From Saccostrea cucullata (Eukaryota): a stretch of DNA of 64,000 nt. Below the pieces are notes generated by a model that made no database searches, was not told the origin of the DNA, and saw only the letters and a program-made list of their open reading frames with translations. This document shows, one piece after another, positions 13,269 through 26,896 of this stretch (within the stretch, counting starts at the first letter, position 1; each line of letters opens with the position of its first letter). The DNA lies in the NCBI RefSeq assembly GCF_032062105.1, contig NW_026931071.1, positions 62,001 through 126,000 of the forward strand. The letters are read 5' to 3'. The position numbers and the translations under genes are program-made.

Positions 13269-16200
13269 CTTCAAAACAAATAGATTTACTCTATTCATAA
13301 AAATCTTTATAGTTTCAATCGCATCTTTAATATTCCGTCAATCACCCGTTCATATAATAAATCCCGAGGATTGGTCGGAAGGTTATCTTAATAGTAGTAA
13401 GTTAAAAATAATTATGTACAAATATCTCAGTCTAAAATTCAGCCAGATCAATATTCAACACTTTTCAAAACATAAAATAAAAACACGATATTGGGTTTCG
13501 TCTATCGCCGCAAAGCATAACCGACGTGTTTCTGACGTAACTTCGCGGAACTCTTTTTTGGCTCGTTCATATAATTATAACAAATGATTTTATTTTAGGA
13601 AACTGTCGAATTCAAAAAAAAAAGTTAAGGCATGTATTACATGTACTACATAGTATGAGTGGACATTTTCTTTACTTGAATGCTTTGCTTTTCTACTTGT
13701 GGCACTTGTGACATTAGTTTTGGATCAACTCTTTATATTTAAACAGTAAAACTTTTTAATATTAACCGAATTAACAATATCTTCTCTTACAAACTCTGGT
13801 ACGAATGATTTTCTTTAAATATAGTACTCAAAACAATGTTTCGTATCGCTATCGAAGTATAGTATATCTTATATGTAGGGTATAGTACCTTATGAAATGA
13901 AATATACTGTATATGTGGAGATTACGAACAGTATTCGAGCTCAAAAGTCCATTAAACAATTCAAAATAGGAGCAAAGCAAACACGGACCTCCAAAACATC
14001 AGAGGTGAAACTTTTTCTTTAAATTATGTGATTTTTTTCTGTTCTTACGCTTCGATCATAGATATTCTTCCATAAATATACACATTAAAATACTAGTAAC
14101 TATATCGAACTGTCAAATTCGTTCTAACGATTTAATTCGTTATATCAGTATCTTTAAAGTTATAACAAATTTATTTTAACAAAATCGACAAATCGTTATA
14201 TCAAATTCAAAAATATTTTTGATAGGTTCTAAATGGTCTTCCTTACATGTAACTTTAAAATTTTCAAAGTTCTTTTGCATTTTTCTCTTTAAGGAATTAA
14301 AATTAAAAATCCCTCTAACCCCTGCAAGTAATTATTTTGGTAAGTATACGTATGATAATTACTAAAAGAGAAAAACTTGCTCTAGTGAAATGTGTGTTAT
14401 TAAAGGAACAACACGTTACAAAATTCGGCTCAAAATGGTAAAATGATCAAAAACTCACGTTCGTTGTTTTTAGAAGGCCCACTGATAAGCCAAGATACAC
14501 CTGAAATGATCAATGCAGTAAAACTTCAATGCAGATTATTTTTTTAAATACGTCCTGCAATAAATCTATCCATATTTCATTTCAATGATTAAAAACTTAA
14601 GTACACTCACCGGACACAATTCTGCTTCTGGGCTCTTTTATCCAGTCAATAACTGTTAAAATTTGAGTAAAACATACACTAGTAATCACTGTATTCTGTA
14701 TCTGAATACTGCAAACAGCAGCTTGTATACACAAGTCATGTTCACAACTGAACTTTGTCGTTTCAATTAAATAATGTTTAAAAAAGTTGAGCTAAAGATT
14801 TCTAAGATTTGAATAAAAATATGCACTAAGAAATGAATTTTAAATGTGTGAACTGGTAGTCTGACCAATCATAACTGTACAAACATTTATTAATATTTTG
14901 AAAAGAAATTCGTGATTAACCGGCATTAGACCTATTAATTTAACAACTATAACTATGGGCAGCGGAAAGGGCAAAAATTACCATAATGAGAAAACAAACA
15001 ATTATTTTAATTTCAATGACCATAAAAACTTAACAAATGATATACATGTACAATGCATTATCAACAGACATTTTCGCAGAACAAATATTCATTAAAGAAA
15101 AATTAACGACCACGTATGTAACAAACATATATGAATGCAAAACCAACGATCATCTTTGCAGTAAAAACGTACATAAAACACGACAAACGAAAAAACTTAA
15201 CAAACGTGCAAGCGGTAAATCTAGTCTTCCCGACTCCCGACGGTCCAGGAATTTTTTTTTATTTTGGCGATTTCTTTTTTGTCGGCGCACAGAAACTCTT
15301 CAAACTTCTCAGGCACATTTCTAGGTTTAAAGAAATTCATTAATATATAAAAACTTAAACAAATTTGTGTATTTATAACTGAATCAGCAGTACCACCAAA
15401 AAGCGGTAAATCGAGTACTCAGTTATAAATGCGAAAACCACTATGGGAAAAAAAGGATAATGATGTTTACAAAATAGAATCGCGATTAAAACAACAAACT
15501 GACGTATATTTTTTTAATAAATGAAAACCCTCATTTACATGCCAGAAAATTTGTATGCTCAAAAAATTCCCCACACATTTTTTTTACTTCGTATAGAACT
15601 CTTTGCCATAACATGTTTATGTTCCTCTGCTCTACAGCATAGATGTGGTCTACCTCGGATCCCCCTTTAATTTTTTCTTTTTTAATTTTAATTTATCTTA
15701 AAAATTTCAAATGAAAGAAAATAATTTACATAAAATGAAAAAAATCTCATTCTCCTGAAGGCCGTTTCGTCATTATTTATTTATTTATTTTTTTCTTGGT
15801 TGTTGTTGTTACATAAATTGGTTTTCCCCAGTTCTTTAAATATTACAAGAATCTATTATGATACATGTAACTTTACATTACAGTGAAATATCATATGACA
15901 AGCACGTAGCAACATTTCCCAATTTTAAGAGTAAGGTCAAAAAAGGGTTATGTAGTACATGTATATTAAGAAAAAAAAATTGGTACTGAAAGAAGTTTTT
16001 TAAATCTTTTTTTCAGCTAGATTGAAATTTTTTCTATGGTTACCCCCTCCTTTCAAAAACGATGCTACGTCAATGTATAACAATGCAATACTTTCATTTT
16101 GCATGGTTCTGCTAAAGTACAATGTTAGATTAAGCTATTTTTATGAAACGTTTGATAAAAATATCTTTTGAAATCAAATCATTTTGATGTTATGAATTTT

Positions 16201-16457
16201 TATAGAATTGTGTGTTCATTTTTTTTATTAACACCACCAATTTTTACTGAAATACTAATTCCATCTTCAGATTTGAAGTTAATTTTATTTCAAAAGTTAT
16301 TGAAATATCAAAAAAGCCACTTTTCCTAAATATTTGTATAAAATTAAAATTTGTGAGAGTGCAAGGATGTGTCAAATTGTCAAACCCGTTCTAAAATTTT
16401 GAAGTTTTAATAACTTTATAGATGAAATGAGATTTTAATATATTTTTGTGTGAACAT

Positions 16458-17449
16458 GCAGCACAGTTAATTATATATAAGGCGGGGCCTAATTTTATAC
16501 AGAAAATATTAACTTCACACATCTGTACAAGGTCTTCAAAATACTACAAAATGAAATTATTTGCTAATTCAAACAGCTGGATAGCTGAAATACTACATAC
16601 AAATTTACAATTACATGCATTTTTGTCGTTTGTTATATCCCACACAGCAGTATACAAACAATGCATCGATCGCAATGAACTTGTCATTGTGACGTCATCT
16701 CGCAAAAATGACGCAGTTTGTACACAGTAATAAATACAAGCAATTTTGTTGAAAAATTTTTATATATAAAATATTATTTGCAATTAAATAAAAGGCCTAT
16801 AACTTGGATGCGATGTCTGTTTTAGTATTTTATTGATAAACTGTGTGTACATTCTCCAGACAAGTGATACTGTCGTGTGTTTGTATGCAGATTCATTGAA
16901 AAAGTACTCGATGGGCCCTAATAAATCGATTTATTGCAAGGGCATTCCCTCAATATATCTTGTCAAGTTTTTACACATAAACTCAAGAAGCATTAAGATA
17001 TTTGAAAAGTGCTGCGAACCTCATGAAATCTTGCAAATAAATTAATTATAATAGCTTCATTTAATGTAGTTGACCAGCAAAATATTCCACCTGCCGTCCA
17101 ACAGATTAATTTTTAGCAATTAAAAATGGGAATCTATATAGGTTCGCAGCACTTTTCACAAACTACATATAGCGTTGAAAAGAATTACAAATTAAATAAA
17201 GATTTTTAACTTTTTATGTCATTGCAAATTAAAATAATTGTTTGTTAAACTGCAAGTATAATTGCTAAAATTTTTGCCGACATCACGTGGCCATATAAAA
17301 AATAATGTTCCCAACATGTAGATTTCAACCACATTACATTATTTTGATATCAGTGAAGTCCTAAAAAGAATCGCCCACCCTTATAAAGTATGTAGTTTTT
17401 ATCTTAAAAAATCGCCGATATTTCCATTTTGTAACCTTAACTGTGCTGC
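16458..17449. mobile_element. Putative non-autonomous DNA element
   Basis: 13-bp inverted ends gcagcacagttaa / ttaactgtgctgc and an internal inverted pair tgaaaagtgctgcgaacct (~17003) / aggttcgcagcacttttca (~17140). Confidence 0.45.
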
Positions 17450-18847
17450 GTACTGGAACTCGCAATTTTTCTTTGTAAGAATTCTTACGAAGTTTCGGAA
17501 TCCAATATCTTTATATATATGGTAGTTCAAAATTATTTTGGTTCTTTGGGGAACAAAACTTTATGATTTTGAAAAAACCTGTTAGAAAGGGAACTATGAG
17601 TATAAGTTGGATTACCACTTGTTAAATCCAAGTTCTTCAAAAATAAAATTTCTATAATGAGCCTTACAAACGAAGACAATGTTGTTACTTGCTTTGTCAG
17701 CAGGGACCAGTTGTTATATGTTATCATCTAATAATCATCATAATTCTACAAAAAAATTGATGTTTTATTTTGTTATTATTTAATACGATTTTAACATGGA
17801 CCTGATACATTTAATCCATTCTGACAAAGTGTCAACTTCTTTTTCATATCCATATTTCATATCTTTTTCATATATATACAAAAAAACAATATACAAGATA
17901 CACGTGAAAAGGCGGAAATAAACTCATATTATGAAGTAACAAAAAATAATTATGGTGGACAGATTTGTTCATATACTCTATTTATGTAACTGCATTATTT
18001 AATTAATATTTTGGAGTCAGCAGATGACAGATGTGATAAGCAAGATCTTGTTCATGTAATATAATTGTCTTAATTTTAATAATTGCAATTCTTATGCTGT
18101 GTTATTGTCCTAATATAACTAACTATTTGTCGCAGAATTTGATGCTTGATTCAATTGCAACATAATCATAAATTTGCCCCCGAAAAAAAAAACAAAAGAA
18201 GGGTGGGGGATCCTTTTTTGAAAACATTTTTTTAACATTAAAATATCTATCTATGAAGAAATGCAAAAAAGTAGTGCTTTATCACAATTTGTTATCCATC
18301 AATTTAATCATTTTACATGCAAAAAAAAAAAATCACATGATTTATATGAAATACTAATTCGACAAAAAATTGAACCGTTGGGTAAAATCTCTTGGAATAG
18401 AACATTTGACTTGAGCATTGGTGAATAGAAATATAATTTCAAAATTTCAAAAAAGGTTAAACATGGTTCCTGCTTATAAACAATAAAATAATGTGAAATT
18501 GCACAAAATTAGTAAAACCGTGTTTTCCTTTGTCAATAGAACAATTTTTAATTGAACATATTGTCGGTGTTATTGCCTGTTTATAAAATCCACTAATATA
18601 ACTTTTTCAAAAAAAAAAAAAAAGAATTTGTATTGGACTCCGTGAAGAAAACTGATAAACTTAAAAATATTATTGCCTTACAAATAAAACATTATATCTA
18701 TCTGTACAAATGTACAAACAAAAAATCTCCTTAGGTGGTCTGTTATCCTCTTTTAAGACAATGTATGAATTACAAAAATATATATCTTATAAAAATAATG
18801 AAAAAGAATCTTTTGATGAAAGCTGGAAGCCATTAATGATTTAAACA

Positions 18848-18889
18848 TCTCTCTCTAACGTCCTTCTCTCTCTGTCTCTGTCCTTTTTT

Positions 18890-18922
<33 letters not shown>

Positions 18923-18947
18923 GTCTTTCTCTCACTTTCTCTCTCTC
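18848..18947. repeat. Imperfect (CT)n microsatellite
   Basis: Direct read of ctctctct runs. Confidence 0.9.
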
Positions 18948-19591
18948 AATGTTTGTCTTTTTGTAAAAAAAAAAAAAAGTTTTACATAATGCAATAAATT
19001 ATAAAAAAAAATAATTTATTACATAGAATGGTTGCAACATTCATAAATTGGTAACATATTTTAAATGAGCACTTTCCTGGCAAGTCTGGTGCCCTTCCAT
19101 CATCCAGCGATCTATTTATCTTGGTAAGTGCTCTTGCTAATGATGGATATAAATGCACGAGAGTAGGAGTCGAGAAATAACAGCGGGTTTATATACAATG
19201 TATGCATCTTTAATTACTCCTGTCTGGACAAAGAATTTTTTTTTTAAATTTTAAACTCATGTTGTATCTTGTATGTTAATAAAGGAATTTGGGAAGGGAA
19301 AACAATTCTCTTTGGTAATAATAACAATTTAATAATCTAAATTACTCATAGAAAAGAAAAGTACGACTTTTAATTACTCAAATTAAATTGGAAAAGGCGA
19401 AGACAATAAACAGGATCGGATGTTAGAATTTTCGTGATACGAATCAAATCTCTCAACTCTGATCAAATGATCGTTCCCCATACATGTATATAACACATAT
19501 CACTATAATAAATAAACTACTACTATTTGTGAACAGGAAAAAAAATCAGGTGCGATGTGATCAAGTGCCTTAAAAAACTCGAAACTTATTC

Positions 19592-19792
19592 CCGTAAATC
19601 TGGAAATTTTATAAATTTTTAGCAAATAGGAATTGCATTCGCAAATATACTTCTCTTAAAAACATATTACTAATAAGAAAATGTAAACAAAGCAGTGGTA
19701 ATTCGCAAAATTTTGAAACATAAAAATTTATCAACACCATTTTGACCCAAATTTGCAAAATAAAATCGACGTAAAAATTTCCAGATTCACGG
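19592..19792. mobile_element. MITE, ~200 bp
   Basis: TIR ccgtaaatctggaaatttt / aaaatttccagattcacgg; TA at the right flank. Confidence 0.7.
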
Positions 19793-22779
19793 TAATCATT
19801 TTATATCAAAGGAATCTCATTTCCTTATTAATAAAATCTTAGCTCTTTTCAGTAAATTCACAATTTATGATAATATTTAACTACAAACTTCATACATTAT
19901 CAGAAATCAAAATGATTTACAAAATACAAGAACTATAAGTAACATTTACCCGAAGCTAAATGTTATTTTTGCAAACATGTTTCGTTTGAATTCTGTAGAA
20001 AAACATCAATCCGCGTGTTTCAACCGAAGAAAAAAATAAGAAAAAATTCTTTGCTATCACACCTGCTTCGACAACCCAGGAATGGTAAACGAAACCACGG
20101 CCTGCAGTTTGTCTTCAGAAGTGAGAAAGATAGTGTTCACGATTTACGGAACTGATAACAGAGATTCTTGAAATATCGTTTACACGGAAAGCGAAACTAG
20201 AAATCTAATCCATAAGACCAGACAATTCGTCTGATAGGCATTGTTCTTGACTTGCCTTCCGTTCGAACATAGAATGGATTGTAGAATGAAAAAAAAAGCT
20301 TACTTTACACAAGAGATTGATTTTGCTAAAAGTGGAACATAACTGCCACACAGCAATGTTTTAAACATTTAGTCCGAGGGGAACCTTTCTTTGATGTTGC
20401 TGTTATCTATATTGTTTTACCCTAAGAAGCATGCCGTGGAGTGGATTTCAAAGCTCACCACTTTCTCTAAAGAGAGAGGGAAGCGCAGTACAGTCTTTTT
20501 TGTCTGCTTTACTGATTAAGTTTTTTCCTGTATTTATACATGTACTCATTACTTTAAAGTTGAAAAGTTGTATCGTACATACTAGTATATATTGTTGTTC
20601 TTATAAAATTTAGATGATTTTCACTCAATATCTAGAATTCCTTTAGGAAATTTTTTTTATGGAAAAGTATATTTTTAAATAAAAAAAAAGTACTAGTAAC
20701 CATGTACTTATATTATATTCAGAAAAATTTACTTTAGTTAAATTATTTTTAAGTACAGTAAGATATTTATATATTTTTTTCTTGTTTTTGTAAACATATT
20801 ACTATGGATCGTTTGTACGTTTGTATATATATAGTTTGGAATGAGTTGGTGGTTTTATATTATTTTTCCACCAAATATCAAATCTTTATACTTACTAATT
20901 GATCTGCCAGCCATCGGGTTTTCTCTTTTGGTATCAAAATGTCTTCGACATTTTTAGCAGAAAGACAGGGCAAATAATTCCATTTCACTATACAAATTAA
21001 GAAAAATTGTTTCAAAACTAACATTTTCCTCGCCGAAAAATTCCTTTGAATTTTTACATTTGAAAGAATTTTGCTTCAACCTCTACTCCCTGACGGTTAC
21101 AAATCGAGCTAATTATATCTACAGCGCATCCGCAATTTAACGGAACACATACCGATTGGGAAAGGTGTAAAATTGTCCAATTTCACAGAACGGTCACTGA
21201 ATTCTTCTGCCAGTGGTTCAGCAGTTGCCGCGGCGGGAAAAAGCACGTGGCTTTTATTATTCTAACGCTAATATAATTATGATAGTTTTGATCGGAAACG
21301 TCTGTAGCGCGTGTTTGGATCTGGTTATCAGACAGTTTTAAAAACAAATTCATCAAGCCGGCAAATGATAATTGAAAAGCAATGTATTCCAAAGGTAACC
21401 GCTAAGCTAAACAAACACCACGATCCTACATGTGTGCTTACAACAAAGGTACTCTCGGTATCTGAAATTCTGAACTGAAATTTAATTTAATTTTAACAGC
21501 CAGCTATCTTTCAAGGACACCTGAATTAAGTTTGCAAAGATAATCCTTTGTTAAACTTTTTCTAAAATATTTTGTATTGTTGTAAGGATCTTGTTTAGGC
21601 GATCTGACTTTAGATCTGCTCGACTAAAATATGCGAATCCTATCTGCAGCACGATTTTTATGCTATAAAACTTTACTACTAGTATGTTCCTCATCCTGCA
21701 AAAGCTCACTGTAGTGTCATTTTTGTTGAATTGGATTAAGTAAAACAAACAACAATTTTATGCATAAAATATGCCATTTATTAAAAAAATCACGTGATTG
21801 ATGCAAAAATACACAAAAAATGACAATGACCAAACCTGGTTACACAATGCAAAATGAAATTTCAATATGCTATCCTCCTTAAAAATTCGTGAAATCAGAA
21901 GTACGTACATACAACAGTACAAAAACAATTTAATTATCAATAAATAGATTCATTCAAAATAAAATGTACAAATAAATTATAGTGCCATGTACATGTACCT
22001 CTAAATATAGGTAAAGTAAAAAAGCTTGGATAGATGACAGCGAGGCTTTCAGTATCGTTGTCAGATAGAAATGATTAAATACCAACTGGCCAGTTTATGT
22101 TTATGCATCATAACACGTGAGTTCGAGCATCATATAGTCTTTTTGATTGGTTAATAGCAGAAGATTAGAAAATGTTTTGACCTGGAATTTTTTTGTTTAC
22201 CATGTTTAACCAGTGACACAAGAACTTAAATATTTTCCCCTAATATATATGGCACCTGTAAATTCAAAGGAAACTCTTGTAGACAGAAAAAAGGATATTT
22301 AACAAATGCATTTCGTTTACGTTAATGTTGCTTTATGTTTCCACTATCTACACCATCCTTTTTCGAAGGAATAATTCAAATAGAGAACAATCAAGAAAAA
22401 ACAAAGCAGAACATTTACGGTTTCATCAATTAATTATCTTTAAATGATAAACAATCAGATTTTCTAGCTCTTGTTACTATTTGAATATCAAATTTAGTGA
22501 TGAGCGATAGGAGACACATATAACAGATTATCAGAACATCATTTACACATGATTCATACTTTACATCCTTAATCCTTGTTTCAAATATTATTCGATGATA
22601 TAATCTTGTACTATGAAGCTGGACATACGTGTTTTGAACAAAGAAACTTTCAAGACAGATATGTAGAATATGTATCACTCTTTTACCGTCTTTCTGACAT
22701 AAACTTTTGCTATTGTACAAGATCTGTACAAAAACATGTTTTTCTTTTGAAGACTCTTAGTCTCTGAATCGATCCATTT

Positions 22780-24939
22780 TCAGAAAAACAAACAATATGC
22801 CATAAATAAAACGAATAAAAGTCCATTCCAATGTTTCTCTGTATTCGCTGCAGACAAAGGGAATGGTCCGTTACAAAAGTTTGTCTGACACAGACGTACA
22901 CATATGACGTATCCCTGCCCCGTGTAGCCACATGTCGTCTGGTTGTCTGGGTGGACGTTACTCAGCTTAGAGAGTCTGTAGGAGAAGGATGCCCCATCAG
23001 AACAATCCCTAATATAGGAATGTACCTCTCCTGAAAGAACAATTACATGTATGTATTGTTTTATAAAGAAACATTGAAAGTTCTTAACAATATGGCAAAT
23101 TAAATATAACCTATTTTTCTGAGAAATGTAAATTTGATATATATTTGTAATGAATAAGTCTGATAGAAAATACTGTAGTGAAATTCCTTTGATCGAGTTA
23201 ATATTTATATAATCAGAGTTTAAAATAGTCTTAGCAATCAAAAGTTATCTCCTATGTCCAGTCAATGTTTAAAACATTCAGAAGATCAAGATCTGACTCA
23301 GCAGATCTTAGGAAAGTACATAAGCGGACTCATTCAAGCGTAGAAGAGGAAGGACGTATTACGGACAAGGTAAGGTATTTGTGTTAGCTCATTTGCGGTG
23401 TCTCAAAGTTCTGCAGACGGACCATTTGAGCTACATAAATCCTTACAGGTTACTAAAATACTATTATATAAACGGGTGTTCGAAACCCGGTGTTGAAACT
23501 ATAGGTCTGGGAGCTAGTGCTCAAACATAGTGTCAGACCAGGGGCTTAGTACTTGGAGTAGGAAGATAACAAAGTAAGGAAAACTATAATTATATAGACG
23601 ATAAGTTTAAATCATTGTGTTGTTGATTATTATCGATTGTGTTTGTTCTTATATTTAAACAAAAATCAGCTAAATACGTCAAATAACGTAAGGAAAATTC
23701 TTTATCAAAACTTCATCCGTGGTCGAACCCACAAAACACATTACAATACTGGTATTGCATTTCAAATAAAAGACAGAAACTATTGCAATATGCTTACAGT
23801 GATTAGAAATGGATTACCTCTATTTTCAATTGTTTCAATCATACAATATGTGAAGTTTGCGTATCCCCCACAGTTCTTCGCGTATTTCATTGTACTCTGT
23901 TGTGTACTTTGTTCTTTTGCCGTCTTTATTCGGTCCTTTACTTCACCTCCCTCTCCCGCCATAGTTTTTATGTTTGTTTGACAGTCAGCACCACGCTGGG
24001 TGTCTGTACAGCTGTAGCACCACAAATCGTTCACTTTATATACAAAAAATAGTAAGAATTTAAAGTACTGCGAGCATGATAAAAACACAAAAATTATTTT
24101 CTGATCATTGACATGAAATCTAAAGCGTTGAATGTAAATAATTTTAACCTTCTTGACGTAAGATTTTTACTTAAGTATGATTGCTATTTTGCTTAGAATT
24201 CTTTTACCTCAACTCTTAAAACTTAAATGATACATGTTTCCTTTTCTTTTGTAGTTTTCCCTTTCCAAGAATTTTAATACAATTCACAACGTATCGCGCA
24301 ATTAAAACCCCTATTCTCCCCATGTATATGAAAACGAAAGTAGAAATTCTTTTTTTTTTTTTTTGACACTGAACTGACTGAAGTTTTCATATTTAGAAGA
24401 AAATGACTTTTTTTCTTCTTCATACTTCTGTTTTATGTGAAAGTCGCACCTGCTGTGGTTGTTTGCATTGTAGTAACTGTTGACTCTGAAGTTACAATCT
24501 GTGTAGTGACCGTCGATTCTGAGGTGCTAGTAATAGTACTTGTTTGTTCTGTAGTGCTGTCACTATAAGTACTGACGTCCTGCGTTGTTGAAGCTTTGAA
24601 CCAATGATAAAAAATACAATTATGCTTATAGTTACAAAATCTCATTTTAACATTTAAATGTCGTATTTAGAATGATTTAAGACATGATTGATTAATATCA
24701 TCCAGGAAGTAAATAAGTAAGTATTTTTTCTTCCGGGGTGTAGTTGGATTAATTGGCTCGTAGGCACTTTGATATCTTGAGCATGAAAGGTTTCATTCCA
24801 AAAATGATAGTGTTTTGAAAATTAAAAGACACAATAAAATGGGACAGATGGACCCCCTTCAAATGTATTAGAGTTTTTGTTACTTACCTAAACTTTGGTG
24901 CTTCAATATTCCAAAACACAAGAACAGGACAAGAAGCAT
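22780..24939 (-). CDS. Ly6/uPAR three-finger (Quiver/sleepless-like) GPI-type protein A with N-terminal Thr/Ser-rich exon (220 aa)
   Basis: Exons 24939-24888 (signal peptide MLLVLFLCFGILKHQSL), 24593-24450 (Thr/Ser-rich), 24033-23818 (LWCYSC...ADC...KNC...TYCMIE) and 23030-22780 (IRDC...NQTTC...ICVRLCQTNFCNG plus hydrophobic tail). All introns phase 1 GT-AG; 663 nt; 10-Cys LU pattern. Confidence 0.88.
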
Positions 24940-25376
24940 TTCTAAATATTTTATATTTACTGTCTTTGATAACTTATTGTATTTGCCTCTGAATAAGGTC
25001 TGTCTACCCCTCACATTTTCACTGTAATTACCCTTCGTGTATTATGTTGGAATACGTGAAGTGTAATGCATACAGTACTGTACTTCATGGGTGAATGGTT
25101 CGATCTGTTTGAATACACATATTGACATGGTGGAATGCTTGTCTTATAAGGACTGGGGTATTTAAATATTTCAACAAACAATACTTCAACAAACCGGGCT
25201 TTTAAAGTTAAATGAATGATTATGTTTCATGAGAAGATCTAGAAAATGATTGATTTTTTTCTCAAAAAAGCTATCCATTTCTTTGGAAATACGTGTATCT
25301 TATTTTTATGGAGTATTTTTATTTAGAAGAATACATTTAAAGAATGAAATCAACGGAATTTTACTATCAATTGATA

Positions 25377-25502
25377 TGAAATAGATGGAGATAACGTACA
25401 GTATTCAAACTCAAAAGTCCTTTATACCTTACAAAATAGGAGCAAAGGCAAACACGGATTTCCAAAAAATCAGAGGTAGGATCAGGTGCCACGGAGGAGT
25501 GT
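25377..25502 (-). mobile_element. Penelope-like 3' module only (other short copies at ~6085-6180, 13918-14008, 36195-36262, 63825-63960)
   Basis: Reverse complement of the shared module: caaacacgga...cagaggtaggatcaggtgccacggaggagt. Confidence 0.7.
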
Positions 25503-26100
25503 TGATGTTTATGTTTTTCAAAAGTTCATCACTATGCAAAAAATTTCATTAATGAAAGACGTTATTTGTAGATATGTTTCTCTTTATGCACAGATTTAAC
25601 AAGAAAGATAACTGAGAATTGTTTGTCCATTTTACTTTTATTCATAATAAACATTTTAACTTCGACTTTCAATTATCCTCGGAATGGTGTGACTTATATA
25701 ATGTATTGAAAAATCGAACTTTTTGATTTTGGAAAAAAAAATCTGATTTCAAATTGTCTGAGAGTTTCTTAATAATAACCATTATTTACCTAGGATTACA
25801 CAATTAGCATACGACTGGTTTTCATTGTGGTCCTGAATCAAAACATATACTTATAATCATATATGATCATATAAAATTAGTATCTTAATATAAAAACACA
25901 AGATATAAAAGTACAATCACATGAAATATATAAACAATAAAATCATATTTGTAACAATACACTCATAATTTGGCACACTCATTGAATTTGAAAAAAAAAA
26001 AACTGGTTTAGGCTCTGTTAAAATTCTCAGTAAGATACAGTTTTTTTTAAAATCACTGAACTACAGAGTTTTCGTGATTTTCTGATATTTTGTACCAAAA

Positions 26101-26853
26101 GAAATAAATAATAAATCAAATAATAAATTAACCAAATACCTGCAAAAACCAGCAACTACTCCGACCGGGACAAAATCATACACCCCAGTCGTGCTCGCCG
26201 ACAGCAAAGGGAAGTGGCTAGAGCAAAAAGCAACCCTACCAACGGAAAGAGAAACTAAATGGTGGGCGAAGGGAGGACGAACTTGTAAAGAGGGATACAA
26301 ATGGCTCAAATCCAACTTCAAATCTAAACAGAAGAAGCTAGGGAACATCTGGCTGTACGTGTGGTTAGGAACCTGTGACTTAACAACTAAGAACAAGAAG
26401 TACATAGCCCTAACCCACGAGGATGACCGAGCTATAGAGTATGCGGCCGAGTACCTACAGAAAATCAGAGAGCTGGTAAAATCCTACCCAGGTTGCAAGG
26501 TAACATTCTTGGAGACTCCCACCTACTCGATTAAAGACTGGAACAAACACAAAGGGCATAAAAACCCAGATGACTTCATAGATCAAGACAAAAAACTAGC
26601 AGACCAAATATATAAACTTAATGAAAAAATCCGACAGTTAAACCAGAAAGAAGATACTCACTCTCCCATATTCGGCACAGATCTTATCAAGAATTCCAAG
26701 ACAATAAAGAACAAAAAGACACGCACAGAATTGAAACGGAAAACGCACAGCTTCTGGCTTTACATAGATGGAATTCATCCAGGACCTTTACTCGCAAAAG
26801 TCTGGGTAAGAAAGATTGCGGAACAATCAGTTAAAGACTGCTGGACATCATAG
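26101..26853 (+). CDS. LINE ORF1, SGNH/GDSL esterase-like domain (no in-frame AUG)
   Basis: Block I VLADS (GDS-like), block III WLGTCD, block V DGIHP (DxxH). Frame open from 26086 to the stop at 26851-26853. Confidence 0.8.
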   Translation, partial: EINNKSNNKLTKYLQKPATTPTGTKSYTPVVLADSKGKWLEQKATLPTERETKWWAKGGRTCKEGYKWLKSNFKSKQKKLGNIWLYVWLGTCDLTTKNKKYIALTHEDDRAIEYAAEYLQKIRELVKSYPGCKVTFLETPTYSIKDWNKHKGHKNPDDFIDQDKKLADQIYKLNEKIRQLNQKEDTHSPIFGTDLIKNSKTIKNKKTRTELKRKTHSFWLYIDGIHPGPLLAKVWVRKIAEQSVKDCWTS

Positions 26854-26896
26854 TAACAACCCCCCACACCAACCTACTGTAACATAATAAAACTAT

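Noticed and set aside
13093-13587. 164-aa plus-strand ORF
   Set aside because: No recognisable motifs; it overlaps the better supported minus-strand Cys-rich exon and looks like a shadow ORF.
14400-15670. Kolobok-like element (TTAA-AGG...CCT-TTAA)
   Set aside because: Only 3 bp of terminal inverted match, too weak to call boundaries.
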